A DNA stretch of 64,000 bases, taken from NCBI GenBank assembly GCA_044356725.1, contig JBIKVS010000005.1:7876-71875 (forward strand), read 5' to 3'. The first letter of the stretch is position 1. Each line of letters begins with the position of its first letter. The notes under the pieces are model-generated. The model made no database searches, was not told where the DNA came from, and was given only the letters and a program-made list of their open reading frames with translations. The DNA comes from Minisyncoccia bacterium (GTDB lineage Bacteria; Patescibacteriota; Minisyncoccia; SW-4-49-11). A program made the translations under genes and the position numbers. Positions 1 through 9,776 of the stretch are shown here, piece after piece.

Positions 1-765
1 TAATTCTTTATCTAAATTAGCTAATTCATCTTCTAAATCAATACCAGCAAAAATCTCTCTCAAAACAGTAGATCCAGTCTGAGCCTTGAATACAGGAGCA
101 AATTTCATAGACATTAATCTATAATCAATTTCTGAGATAATATTCCATTTCTCAAGTGCATTAAGAAACTCTAAGTTCTGTTGTTTAGAATCAAACAATT
201 CTTTTAGAGCTTCTTCACTATCATTTCCACCACTAGTTAACTCTTTAAGTTTAGACTTATACTCAGCTTCTACCTGTTTGGCATAATCTTTTTTCAAGTT
301 TTCATCAACTTCAGTAATTATATAGCTAGAATAATAAACTACCTTCTCTACATCAGCTAAAGTTTGGTCTAAAACCAAAGCAATTCGACTAGGAATATTT
401 CTCAAGAACCAAATGTGTGCAATAGGTACAGCAAGTTCAATATGTCCCATTCTTTCTCTTCTTACAGAAGCTTTGGTAACTTCCACGCCACATTTATCAC
501 AGACAATTCCTTTATATCGAATTCTTCTGTATTTACCACAAGAACATTCAAAGTCACGAACTGGACCAAATATTTTCTCTGAAAATAGACCATCTTTCTC
601 AGCTTTTTGAGTACGATAGTTAATAGTTTCTGGTTTAGTAACCTCGCCATGAGACCAAGAAAGGATATCTTCAGGAGAAGCTAAATTTAATTGTATAGAG
701 TCAAAGTCAACCACATTCATAGATATGGTCTCTGGAGCATTGTTAGGTGTAAGTTGATTATTCAT
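1..765 (-). CDS. rpoC: DNA-directed RNA polymerase beta' subunit, N-terminal part (runs off window start)
   Basis: Reverse-strand translation from ATG at 765-763 gives [12 protein letters not shown]...[26 protein letters not shown], with the CX2C...CX2C zinc-binding motif and conserved beta' N-terminus. Immediately downstream of rpoB on the same strand (canonical rpoBC order). Absent from the ORF track only because it is open at the window edge. Confidence 0.85.
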   Translation of the reverse strand, partial: MNNQLTPNNAPETISMNVVDFDSIQLNLASPEDILSWSHGEVTKPETINYRTQKAEKDGLFSEKIFGPVRDFECSCGKYRRIRYKGIVCDKCGVEVTKASVRRERMGHIELAVPIAHIWFLRNIPSRIALVLDQTLADVEKVVYYSSYIITEVDENLKKDYAKQVEAEYKSKLKELTSGGNDSEEALKELFDSKQQNLEFLNALEKWNIISEIDYRLMSMKFAPVFKAQTGSTVLREIFAGIDLEDELANLDKEL

Positions 766-788
766 AGAGATATCTTATTAAATGATGA

Positions 789-3700
789 TTATTCTTGAGT
801 TTCTTCTACAGTTGTTTTGGCATTTTTCAATTTTACATTGATACCAAGACCTTTTAATTCATTTACTAACACGTGGAAAGATGAAGGAATATATGGAGCT
901 TGAATTTGCTCACCCTTAATGATAGATTCATAAGCTTTAGAGCGACCAATCACATCATCAGACTTAATAGTTAACATTTCTTGCAACATATGAGAAGCCC
1001 CATAACCTTCAAAAGCCCAGACTTCCATTTCTCCCAATCTCTGACCTCCCATTTGAGCTTTACCTCCTAGAGGTTGTTGAGTAATCAAAGAGTAAGGACC
1101 AGTAGATCTCATATGCAACTTATCTTCAATTAAATGATTTAATTTCATCACATACATAACTCCAACCGTAGTCTTCTCTCTATAAGGCTCACCAGTTTTT
1201 CCATCATAAAGCTGAATTTTTCCATCCTCCGGTAAACCAGCTTCTTTTAGGAGTTCCTTGATTTTATCCATACTAATTCCATTCAAAGCAGGAGTAGCAA
1301 CTTTCATACCAAGAGCAGCTACAGCAAGTCCTAAATGAGTTTCATAAACTTGACCTAGATTCATACGAGAAGCAATTCCAAGAGGAGTTAGAAGTATGTC
1401 TAGAGGCATACCATCAGCTGAGAAAGGCATATCTTCTTGAGGTAATATTTTAGCAATAACACCTTTATTTCCGTGCCTACCAGCTAATTTATCCCCAACA
1501 CTAACCTTTCTTAAGTGAACAACACTAACTTGAACTCTTTTAATAACTCCACTAGGAAGTTTATCCCCATTAGCACGAGTAAATATTTTAACTCCAACTA
1601 CTTTACCTTGATGACCATTAGGCATTTTAAGTGAAGAGTCCTTAACTTCTCTAGACTTTTCACCAAAGATAACTCTTAGCAATCTTTCCTCAGCAGTTAA
1701 ATCGGTCTCTCCCTTAGGGCTAATTTTACCAACCAGAATACTTCCAGCCTTCACAGTAGCTCCAATTCTTACAATACCTTCAGCATCTAAGTCCTTTAAT
1801 CTCTCCTCAGAAACATTAGGAATATCTCGAGTTACCTGCTCTTCTCCAAGACGAGTATCAGACACGTCAATTGAGAAATCTTCAATATGCACAGAAGTAA
1901 AGACATCATCTTTTACCAATCTATCTGAGATAATAATAGCATCCTCAAAGTTACTTCCCTCATAGGACATAAATCCTACTCTCAAGTTTTGCCCAAGAGC
2001 TAATTCACCATCTTGCATAGAAGAACCATCAGCTAATAGATCACCTCTCTTAACCTTTTGTCCAGGAACACATTTTACCTTTTGGTTAACGCTAGTAGAT
2101 TGGTTAGAGTTTAAGAATTTAGTCAAATCAAATCTAGTCCTTTGCTTAGATTTAGCATATTCAAATACAATATGAGAAGCATCAGCCTCAATAACAACAC
2201 CATCCTCAGGAGCCAGAATCAACTGCCCACTATAAATAGCAGCATCCTTTTCCATACCAGTTCCAACCATAGGAGAGTCGCTTTTAATAGACGGCACTCC
2301 CTGCTTTTGCATGTTTGAACCCATCAAAGCTCTAGCAGAGTCATTATGCTCTACAAAAGGAATCAAAGAAGTGGAAACAGAAATCAATTGTTTTGGAGAA
2401 ACATTAATAAATTCAATTTCATCTCTATCAGCTACAATCACATTACTGTCCTTACGAGCAATAATTCTATCATTTTGAATCATTCCCTTCTCATCAATCT
2501 CAACCACCGCAGAAGCAATAAGATAAGTTTTTTCAGTAGCAGCATCAAAATACACAACTTCATCAGTCACTTTTCCCTTTACAACTTTTCTAAAAGGAGT
2601 TTCAAGGAAACCATATTCATTAATATGAGCATAAGTCGCCAATTGACCAATCAAACCAATATTTGGCCCTTCAGGAGTTGCAATCGGACAAATTCTACCA
2701 AAAGAAGTAGGATGTACGTCACGAACCTCAAATCCAGCTCTATCACGAGCAAGACCATTTGGTCCAAGAGCAGAAACTCTTCTCTTATGCTCTAACTCAG
2801 ACAAAGTATTAATCTGATCCATGTACTGAGATAATTGGCTAGATGAGAAAAATTCATGAATAGCAGCCACAAGCGGCCTAGCATTAATCACACTAGTAGG
2901 AGTAATATTCTCAGGATCAGCAGTACTCATTCTATCCTTAATAATTTTCTCCATACGAGCAAAACCAACTCTAGCTCGCTCTTGCACCAACTCTCCAATC
3001 AATCTAACTCTTCTATTGCTAAGATTATCAATATCATCAGGCATAGCCTCAGGAGTATTATTCATTCTAATGATTTCTTTAACAATCATTACGAAATCTT
3101 CCACCTGCAGAACTCTATGTTTTGGCTCCTCACTAAGGTCAACACCTAATCTTGAATTAACCTTATATCGCCCAACCTTACCAAGATCATAACGACTAAA
3201 GTTGAAGAACATACCCTCAATCAACTGCCTAGCATTGTCATCAGTAGCTAAATCACCCGGTCGAATTCTTCTATAAACCTCCACAAAACCAGATTTCTGA
3301 TCTTTGGCAACATCCTTAGCAATAGTTTCTTTAATAAACTTAACATTGCCAGTATCAACATCAGCAAAAGTAGAAATCAAATCACTATTTTTGCTAATTC
3401 CAAAAGCTCGAAGCAAAGCAGTAAGAGCTACTTTTCTCTTTCTATCGATTTTGGCCCACATAACACCAGTTCCATCAGTCTCAATCTCAATCCAAGCCCC
3501 GCGAGTAGGAATAAGTTTAGCTCCAAAATATCTCTTATCACGAGAAATATTCTCAGTGAAGAACACACCAGGAGATCTCAAAATCTGAGCAATAATAACT
3601 CTTTCAGTACCATTAATAATAAAAGTACCTCGCTCAGTCATCATAGGAACGTCCCCTAAGAACACTTCCTGAGTAGTTTTCTTTTTAGTTTGATTATTAA

Positions 3701-3977
3701 TCAGAGTGATTTTAGCTCGTAGAGGAGCTTCGAAAGTGATATTTTTAGCTCTAGATTGAACCTCAGAGAGTTTAGGTTCATCTATTCTATAACCAGAGAA
3801 TTCCAGTCTATATTCCTGACCAGTCCAGTCCAATACAGGATAATGTTCCTCGAACAAATCTCTCAACCCTTCTTGCAAAAACCACTTATAAGAAGTTAAT
3901 TGAGGCTCAATTAGATTTGGCAACTCCAAATCAACTGATTTCTTAAAGAAAACTCTCTGATTTTTTGACATATGCAT
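789..3977 (-). CDS. rpoB: DNA-directed RNA polymerase beta subunit
   Basis: 1062-aa ORF with conserved beta-subunit blocks (GTFIINGTERVI, NMQRQ-like SNMQKQ, GEMEVWA, NVGELKGL-like C-terminus). Confidence 0.95.
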   Translation of the reverse strand: MHMSKNQRVFFKKSVDLELPNLIEPQLTSYKWFLQEGLRDLFEEHYPVLDWTGQEYRLEFSGYRIDEPKLSEVQSRAKNITFEAPLRAKITLINNQTKKKTTQEVFLGDVPMMTERGTFIINGTERVIIAQILRSPGVFFTENISRDKRYFGAKLIPTRGAWIEIETDGTGVMWAKIDRKRKVALTALLRAFGISKNSDLISTFADVDTGNVKFIKETIAKDVAKDQKSGFVEVYRRIRPGDLATDDNARQLIEGMFFNFSRYDLGKVGRYKVNSRLGVDLSEEPKHRVLQVEDFVMIVKEIIRMNNTPEAMPDDIDNLSNRRVRLIGELVQERARVGFARMEKIIKDRMSTADPENITPTSVINARPLVAAIHEFFSSSQLSQYMDQINTLSELEHKRRVSALGPNGLARDRAGFEVRDVHPTSFGRICPIATPEGPNIGLIGQLATYAHINEYGFLETPFRKVVKGKVTDEVVYFDAATEKTYLIASAVVEIDEKGMIQNDRIIARKDSNVIVADRDEIEFINVSPKQLISVSTSLIPFVEHNDSARALMGSNMQKQGVPSIKSDSPMVGTGMEKDAAIYSGQLILAPEDGVVIEADASHIVFEYAKSKQRTRFDLTKFLNSNQSTSVNQKVKCVPGQKVKRGDLLADGSSMQDGELALGQNLRVGFMSYEGSNFEDAIIISDRLVKDDVFTSVHIEDFSIDVSDTRLGEEQVTRDIPNVSEERLKDLDAEGIVRIGATVKAGSILVGKISPKGETDLTAEERLLRVIFGEKSREVKDSSLKMPNGHQGKVVGVKIFTRANGDKLPSGVIKRVQVSVVHLRKVSVGDKLAGRHGNKGVIAKILPQEDMPFSADGMPLDILLTPLGIASRMNLGQVYETHLGLAVAALGMKVATPALNGISMDKIKELLKEAGLPEDGKIQLYDGKTGEPYREKTTVGVMYVMKLNHLIEDKLHMRSTGPYSLITQQPLGGKAQMGGQRLGEMEVWAFEGYGASHMLQEMLTIKSDDVIGRSKAYESIIKGEQIQAPYIPSSFHVLVNELKGLGINVKLKNAKTTVEETQE

Positions 3978-4207
3978 TCTGTTATCTAATATAATATCAA
4001 AGAAATTAAGTAAGAACTCAAGGCATCACTAATAAACAAAAAATAAGCAAAGGGTATCCCGTTACTTTAATTATGCATTAATTACTGATATCTGTATTAT
4101 CATCAAATTTGACAATATCTTATTTAATATGAACTCACTCTCATCACTCATCCATTCTTTTGATGATAACACAGAAATATGATTGAGTCAATAGTGTATA
4201 TAGAATA

Positions 4208-5125
4208 TTAATTAGTATTTATAAAGTTATTAAATTCCGATTTTGCTTTTTGACTCTCGAATAGTGCTGTATGTCCCTCCCCATCTATTTCAACAAAGTT
4301 ACTATTTTTACAATTATTACAATTTAATATATACTCTTTAAATTTTGGCCAAGAATACATTTGAATAGCCATATCATCTAATCCTTGTATAAACAACATA
4401 TCTGCTTTAAAACCACTTGTAAAATTTAATAAGGATCTTTGATAATAAGCATTTGGATTTTCTGATGTGGTGCCATATGTATTTCTTAAATTATCACAAA
4501 CATAACTTGCTTGAGTTTTTCCATTTTCCTCTAGTTGACATCTATATACTAAATCTAAAGGTCCTGGTGCATTTGCGATTACACCATTTGTTTCATGCAT
4601 TGCGTTAAGACGAGTAACTAAATATCCTCCTTGTGAATGTCCTGCTAAGAATATTTTTTTAACTTTAATTCCTAAATCTTGACTTGCTTGATTCTTTACC
4701 CATAATAAAGCAGCCTCTGCTTGATTTATATTATCCCCAAACAGAATATCTAGCTGCGGATGTGCTACACTAACAATCATCATATCTTTACGATTGAGAG
4801 TATTTTTAAATTGATTAAGTGTAGTTTCAGCAGCAGATAATATCTTACTATCACTTTGCACAGTCCCATGATAGACAAGCAGTACATCCACTTCTTTAAT
4901 ATCTGGTTTATCAATAATCACATCGACATTAACTTTATTATATGTAATAGACTTTGTTATTTTATAAGACTTGGAGTTATTATCTATTGGGGTTGATGTT
5001 GATGAATTTGTAGATACAGTATCGGATTTTGGATTTAATGATGTTCTGTTTTTTATATTATTATACAAGAATAATAATATTACTGATACAGATAATATTA
5101 TAATAAAGCTTAATTTGTGTTTCAT
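4208..5125 (-). CDS. secreted alpha/beta-hydrolase (esterase/lipase-like serine hydrolase)
   Basis: N-terminal signal/TM segment (KLSFIIILSVSVILLF), Ser/Thr-rich linker, GHSQG nucleophile-elbow pentapeptide (GXSXG). Confidence 0.55.
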   Translation of the reverse strand: MKHKLSFIIILSVSVILLFLYNNIKNRTSLNPKSDTVSTNSSTSTPIDNNSKSYKITKSITYNKVNVDVIIDKPDIKEVDVLLVYHGTVQSDSKILSAAETTLNQFKNTLNRKDMMIVSVAHPQLDILFGDNINQAEAALLWVKNQASQDLGIKVKKIFLAGHSQGGYLVTRLNAMHETNGVIANAPGPLDLVYRCQLEENGKTQASYVCDNLRNTYGTTSENPNAYYQRSLLNFTSGFKADMLFIQGLDDMAIQMYSWPKFKEYILNCNNCKNSNFVEIDGEGHTALFESQKAKSEFNNFINTN

Positions 5126-5271
5126 ATAAAATTTATTGATGGGAACAAATTATAGTTGTAAATTTCTAATATAATTATATCATATCCTTATTATTTACTT
5201 ATTCCTTTCTTATTATATACTGTTGCATTAGATCTCTGAAGAAAAGTATATAATAATGTAATGTAAAAATT

Positions 5272-5574
5272 ATGGATACAAAAGAAATTCAAAAAATACA
5301 AGCAGAATATGATCAATTATATTGGCAACACAATAATCCAGAATTTGAAAAAATAAGACATATAACTTTACACATAACTAAATTATTAGGCAAGTTAGCA
5401 GAATATTGTGAAAAAACTGAACATGGAGATATTATTGATAAAAGTAAAATAACAGATCAGGTTATACCAGATTTAATATTCTATTCTGCACAACTATCTA
5501 ATTTATTAGAATTAGATTTAGGAGATGCTTATATGAAAAGAATTGAGGAAAATAAGAAAATTTTTGGTAATTAA
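5272..5574 (+). CDS. MazG-like nucleotide pyrophosphohydrolase domain protein
   Basis: 100-aa all-alpha protein. Pattern KLLGKLAEY...E..D resembles the small MazG/NTP-PPase family. Confidence 0.4.
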   Translation: MDTKEIQKIQAEYDQLYWQHNNPEFEKIRHITLHITKLLGKLAEYCEKTEHGDIIDKSKITDQVIPDLIFYSAQLSNLLELDLGDAYMKRIEENKKIFGN

Positions 5575-5590
5575 TTATGCCTAAATGACA

Positions 5591-5613
5591 TATAGCTACA
5601 ATCTGTGCTCCCG
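5591..5613 (-). repeat. 21-bp direct repeat identical to the 3' end of tRNA-Arg (att-like)
   Basis: ctacaatctgtgctcccgcag occurs at 5591-5613 and again at 6064-6085 (3' acceptor/T-arm end of the tRNA at 6072-6146). Confidence 0.6.
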
Positions 5614-6012
5614 CAGAGGATAGCCTAAATTTTTCAAGTGCATAATTAAATCATTAACATCTTCAGCAACATAGTCAAACCAGCAATATCCCCATTCTGA
5701 CATTTTTCTCGTTTCAGGTAGCATTATAGCATATACTTTTTTACCAATTCCTTTTGCATATCCAGCTTCTAAATATATACCACGAGTATCCGATAGTAGA
5801 ATTATAATAAAATCTGAATTATGTATCACTTCTAATTCTTTATCTAGAGTTTCTTGCATTGAAGGATATTGATTTTCTTGGGGTAAAAAAATATCAAGTC
5901 CAGAATTAATTAATGCATCTGCAATTTTTCTATTGCTTGCGAATTTATCTATTGAATGAGACCATGAATTTTTAACTTTTGTTGATGCCATTGGGCTAGC
6001 TAGATATATCAT
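5596..6012 (-). CDS. nucleoside 2-deoxyribosyltransferase-like protein
   Basis: 138 aa, MIYLASPM...FLPQE...SDTRGIYLEAGYAKGIGKKVYAI, a pattern typical of the Rcl/NDT fold. The last 9 codons are encoded by a duplicated tRNA 3' segment. Confidence 0.4.
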   Translation of the reverse strand: MIYLASPMASTKVKNSWSHSIDKFASNRKIADALINSGLDIFLPQENQYPSMQETLDKELEVIHNSDFIIILLSDTRGIYLEAGYAKGIGKKVYAIMLPETRKMSEWGYCWFDYVAEDVNDLIMHLKNLGYPLREHRL

Positions 6013-6071
6013 ACAATAATCTATTTAATATGTTATAGTTTTAGTTGTCAATGTTTATTAGTACTACAATC

Positions 6072-6146
6072 TGTGCTCCCGCAGGGGTTCGAACCCCGAA
6101 TGACGGTTCCGAAGACCGTAGTGATATCCAGTTTCACCACAGGAGC
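6072..6146 (-). tRNA. tRNA-Arg (anticodon TCG)
   Basis: Reverse complement folds as a cloverleaf: acceptor GCTCCTG/CGGGAGC, D-loop with GG, anticodon stem ACGGT/ACCGT with loop CTTCGGA, T-loop TTCGAAC, discriminator A. No encoded CCA. Confidence 0.75.
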
Positions 6147-6163
6147 AAAATAAATAAAATTAG

Positions 6164-6238
6164 TAGCCTCGACGGGATTCGAACCCGTGTTACCAGGATG
6201 AAAACCTGGCGTCCTAGACCGGACTAGACGACGAGGCC
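6164..6238 (-). tRNA. tRNA-Glu (anticodon TTC)
   Basis: Reverse complement GGCCTCGTCGTCTAGTCCGG...CCAGG-TTTTCAT-CCTGG...GGGTTCGAATCCCGTCGAGGCT. Anticodon loop and T-arm are canonical. Ends are uncertain by +/-2 nt. Confidence 0.75.
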
Positions 6239-6479
6239 AATAAAACTATAGTAAATTATAACAAAATTTTTCTTTTCGGTCAAATTTTTATAAGTATTTT
6301 TGCTTTAATGTCCTCCTTTCTACCTACGGAAGATAAATGGAGGAGGTGGCACGAAGTGCCGGTGGTGGACTGAGTTTAAATTCCCCTCTCTGCCTACGGT
6401 AGATAAATTGAGGGGTGGACTGCGTAAGCAGGACGGGGTGGAAATACACTTTATCCACCCTCTCCCCTACTACAATATC

Positions 6480-7748
6480 TTATTGATGCTTTACAAAAGT
6501 CAAAGCCCAACCAATTTTACCACCACGACCAGTACGACCAATTCTATGAATATAATCCTCCTCGGTTCTAGGTAATTCGTAGTTAATTACGTGAGTAATA
6601 TCCCCAACATCAATACCACGAGAAGCCACATCAGTACCAATCATAATCCAAGCTTCATTGTTCTTAAATTTCTTCAAAGCAATTTGGCGATGCATTTGAG
6701 TTTTGTCACCATGAATAGACTCTACATCAAAACCATGCTGTTGTAAATCTCGATACAAATTCTCAACCGCCATCTTAGTCTCACAGAAAATAAGCACCTT
6801 CTTGACCTCATCTTTATTCAAGATATCCATCAACAAGTCCATCTTATTATCATTACGAGTCACAGGCACAATGTCCTGATGCACATTGTTACTAGACACA
6901 TTCTCAGACAAAAGTACACTCACAGGATCAACCAAGAAAGTCTCCATCAATTGCTTAGTCTTACCTTCAGTAGTAGCAGAGAAGAATAATTTTTGAGTCT
7001 CCTTAGGCAATAATTCTAAGATATATCGAATCTCATCAATGAATCCCATATCCAACATTCTATCCACCTCATCCAATACAATAGTAGAGAAAGTATTCAT
7101 ATCAATAGCCTTACGATTGATTAAATCTTTGAATCTACCAGGAGTTGCAATAATAAACTGATTATGACGAGACAAACGGAACATCTGCTTACGAATAGGA
7201 GTACCACCAATACAAACAGTACTATAAATACCTCTACCACGATTAGTAATCTTATGTAGTTCTTGTTCAATTTGCAAAGCCAACTCACGAGTAGGAGCCA
7301 GAATCACAGCAGACTGTTTAGGATCTAAAGTCATCTTATGCAAAAGAGGCAAAAGGAAAGCCAAAGTTTTACCAGTACCGGTCGCAGCCAGACCAATAAT
7401 ATCCTTACCTTCCATAATCGGCTTGATAGACTGATCTTGAATCGGAGTAGGATTAATCATCCCCTTTTCAGACAAAGCCTGTTGAATCCAATCAGCAAAA
7501 CCAAAGTCAGCAAAAGTGTGAGAAATCACAACTTCAGCAGCAGGAGTAGGTTTAGCAACCTTTACAAATAAAGAGTGATTTAATTGCTTAGGACCAGCTT
7601 TTCTTCTACCATATCTACCTCCGCCTCCAGCACCACCAAATCGTGACCTAGAACCAAAAGAACCACGAGAAGAACCATTATTATTATATCTATTAGAAGA
7701 ATTAGAGCGATTAGAAAATCGACTACTACTATTATTAGAGTACGCCAT
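6480..7748 (-). CDS. DEAD-box ATP-dependent RNA helicase with N-terminal RG/S-rich tail
   Basis: Q-motif region, GTGKT (motif I), DEVDRM (II), SAT (III), HRIGRTGR (VI). Probable start is the Met at 7748 (MAYSNNSS...); the ORF is open upstream to 7793. Confidence 0.85.
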   Translation of the reverse strand: MAYSNNSSSRFSNRSNSSNRYNNNGSSRGSFGSRSRFGGAGGGGRYGRRKAGPKQLNHSLFVKVAKPTPAAEVVISHTFADFGFADWIQQALSEKGMINPTPIQDQSIKPIMEGKDIIGLAATGTGKTLAFLLPLLHKMTLDPKQSAVILAPTRELALQIEQELHKITNRGRGIYSTVCIGGTPIRKQMFRLSRHNQFIIATPGRFKDLINRKAIDMNTFSTIVLDEVDRMLDMGFIDEIRYILELLPKETQKLFFSATTEGKTKQLMETFLVDPVSVLLSENVSSNNVHQDIVPVTRNDNKMDLLMDILNKDEVKKVLIFCETKMAVENLYRDLQQHGFDVESIHGDKTQMHRQIALKKFKNNEAWIMIGTDVASRGIDVGDITHVINYELPRTEEDYIHRIGRTGRGGKIGWALTFVKHQ

Positions 7749-7965
7749 ACAAAAAATATGTTTAAAAAATATGATATGGAATATAGATACCAATCATATA
7801 CATACTTAGTATAAACGACATCTATTGACCACATTGTCAAATATAATAACATATCAACCTAAATTTGTCAAGCTTTAATAACACCGATTGAAGGTGTCTA
7901 TTCTGTCCTCCCTTGGGGGAGGTGGCACCGTAGGTGACGGAGGAGGACTGAGCTAATTCCCCTAA

Positions 7966-9018
7966 TTATTCATTATCTTTCAAAAATTCTTTGATCTGTT
8001 TATCAAAATCAGATTCAAACAGCCTATCTTGCACAATTCTATATTTTTCAAATTGAGTTTCTGCATAAAGTTTAGCCTCCTCACTACTAATTTTACCTGC
8101 ATTGATAAGTATATCTCTATCATTAAATTCCAAAAAAGAATCAAGCCGCCTACTCCAATCCTCCATTGTCATAGGGATATTTCTCTCAGCCTGTAGCTCC
8201 GCATAATCAAGATACATAGAAACTATTCTTTCCAAAAAATTTATTTCCTTTTCTGTAAGATAATTTTTCGCAATACTTACATCATATTTTTGAATTTTAC
8301 CATTTGGAGCATCCAACCAGCTAGTAAGCCCCATATTTTCTTTATCAGCATTAGCTCTTTTTACAATCAATTCAGGAGCTGTATGTCTATGCACCGCATA
8401 ATGCAATTTATTTTGTACAATTTGGAAAAACTTAATAGTAGTAGAAGCAGAAGAATCATAATCAACACTAGTTGCATAAATATCCGTCACTTTTTGATAA
8501 AACATTCTTTCACTAAGCCTAATTTCTCTAATCTTTTGTAATTGTCTTTCAAAAAACTCTTTATCAAATTGATTAGCTTGCTTTAACCTTTCACTATCCA
8601 TAGCCCAACCCTGAATAGTATAATCTTTTACTATTTGTCTTGCCCATTTACGAAATTGTACAGCTCTGTCATTTTCTATCTTGAATCCAACTGCGATAAT
8701 AGCTTGGAGATTATAATGGTCTATATTCCTTTTTACTTCTCTTATACCTTCTCTTTGAACTATCAAGTATTGCTTGATAGTTGCTGAATCAATTTCTTTT
8801 TTTTCTACCAAAGTAGCAATATGCTGTTGTATAGCTTGCACAGATACCCCATACATTTCCGCCATCATTTTTTGAGTCATCCAGATATTTTCATCTTCAT
8901 ATCTGACCTCTATACTTTCCGAATCATCTCCACTCGAAGATACAAAAGTCAAATACTGAGCCGTACTTGCCTGAATAAGCTCCGCTGCAGATTTTTGCTT
9001 TAGTGTTTTTTTGGGCAT
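7966..9018 (-). CDS. RhuM-family protein (putative DNA-binding/virulence-associated)
   Basis: Conserved RhuM blocks: YNLQAIIAVGFKIENDRAVQFRKWARQIV, YQKVTDIYATS.DYD, KLHYAVHRHTAPELI. Paralogous to 43215-44222 and to the N-terminal half of 44785-45762. Confidence 0.6.
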   Translation of the reverse strand: MPKKTLKQKSAAELIQASTAQYLTFVSSSGDDSESIEVRYEDENIWMTQKMMAEMYGVSVQAIQQHIATLVEKKEIDSATIKQYLIVQREGIREVKRNIDHYNLQAIIAVGFKIENDRAVQFRKWARQIVKDYTIQGWAMDSERLKQANQFDKEFFERQLQKIREIRLSERMFYQKVTDIYATSVDYDSSASTTIKFFQIVQNKLHYAVHRHTAPELIVKRANADKENMGLTSWLDAPNGKIQKYDVSIAKNYLTEKEINFLERIVSMYLDYAELQAERNIPMTMEDWSRRLDSFLEFNDRDILINAGKISSEEAKLYAETQFEKYRIVQDRLFESDFDKQIKEFLKDNE

Positions 9019-9240
9019 AATTTTTATAATCAGGATATATATATTCTATTATACTATAATAATGACCTAATTTACAATATAAATTCATAGCGGAGGGTTT
9101 TGTTTTTCTATCACTCGCCTACGATGGTGTCAATAAGTGCCGGGTGTGGGATGAGTTTAACTATAAATGATGAATTATGAATTGTAGGGAGGGACCTTTC
9201 AGTCACATGTTTAACAAACTATTGCAAAAATATAACTTAT

Positions 9241-9636
9241 ATGGTATTTATTACTGGAACTCTATTGGATTCTCTTATGGCCATTTCTCTCATTACATTA
9301 CAAGGAGAAGGTGTTGTCCCTGCTTTCTTTCGCCACAATGAGACAACATATATACTTAGTACTTTCTTTTCTTATTTACAAAAAAGGGATATTGACATAG
9401 TTATCCAAACGGAGAACTATGCTCTTAGTCTAATGGTTTACAATAAATTATGTCAATATATGCCACTAAAAGAAGACCATACACTTTTAAAGTGTATAAG
9501 TAAATTCTTAGAGTCAAATAATTCATCAGATTGCCCACATACCAAGATATGTTATATAATCCACGGATACCTTCTCTTAGTTGAAAGTGGAATAATGGAT
9601 GTTGAAGCCGCCCCTAATGATGGAGGCTTTATGTAG
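9241..9636 (+). CDS. hypothetical protein
   Basis: 131-aa ORF followed by a strong terminator. No recognisable motifs. Confidence 0.3.
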   Translation: MVFITGTLLDSLMAISLITLQGEGVVPAFFRHNETTYILSTFFSYLQKRDIDIVIQTENYALSLMVYNKLCQYMPLKEDHTLLKCISKFLESNNSSDCPHTKICYIIHGYLLLVESGIMDVEAAPNDGGFM

Positions 9637-9660
9637 TAACTCTTTTACCACATTCCCTAC

Positions 9661-9690
9661 TTATCACTATCCCCCGCCACTGCGGGGGTT
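9661..9690 (+). terminator. Rho-independent terminator
   Basis: cccccgc-cact-gcggggg followed by a T7 run. Confidence 0.7.
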
Positions 9691-9776
9691 TTTTTCTTTC
9701 TGGTAAAAACCTAATATATGATATAATTAATAATATAAATATATTCGTAAAATTATTATCAATAATTACATAAACT

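Noticed and set aside
2346-3588. Plus-strand ORFs 2346-2795, 2856-3149 and 3304-3588
   Set aside because: Antisense to rpoB. Low-complexity S/N/I-rich translations typical of shadow ORFs in AT-rich DNA.
6045-6227. 60-aa ORF 6045-6227 (+)
   Set aside because: Overlaps the two tRNA genes on the opposite strand. The tRNA cloverleaf structures explain the sequence.
7580-7852. ORF 7580-7852 (-) and 7338-7571 (+)
   Set aside because: Out-of-frame or antisense overlaps of the DEAD-box helicase N-terminal region. The reading-frame choice is supported by the helicase motifs.
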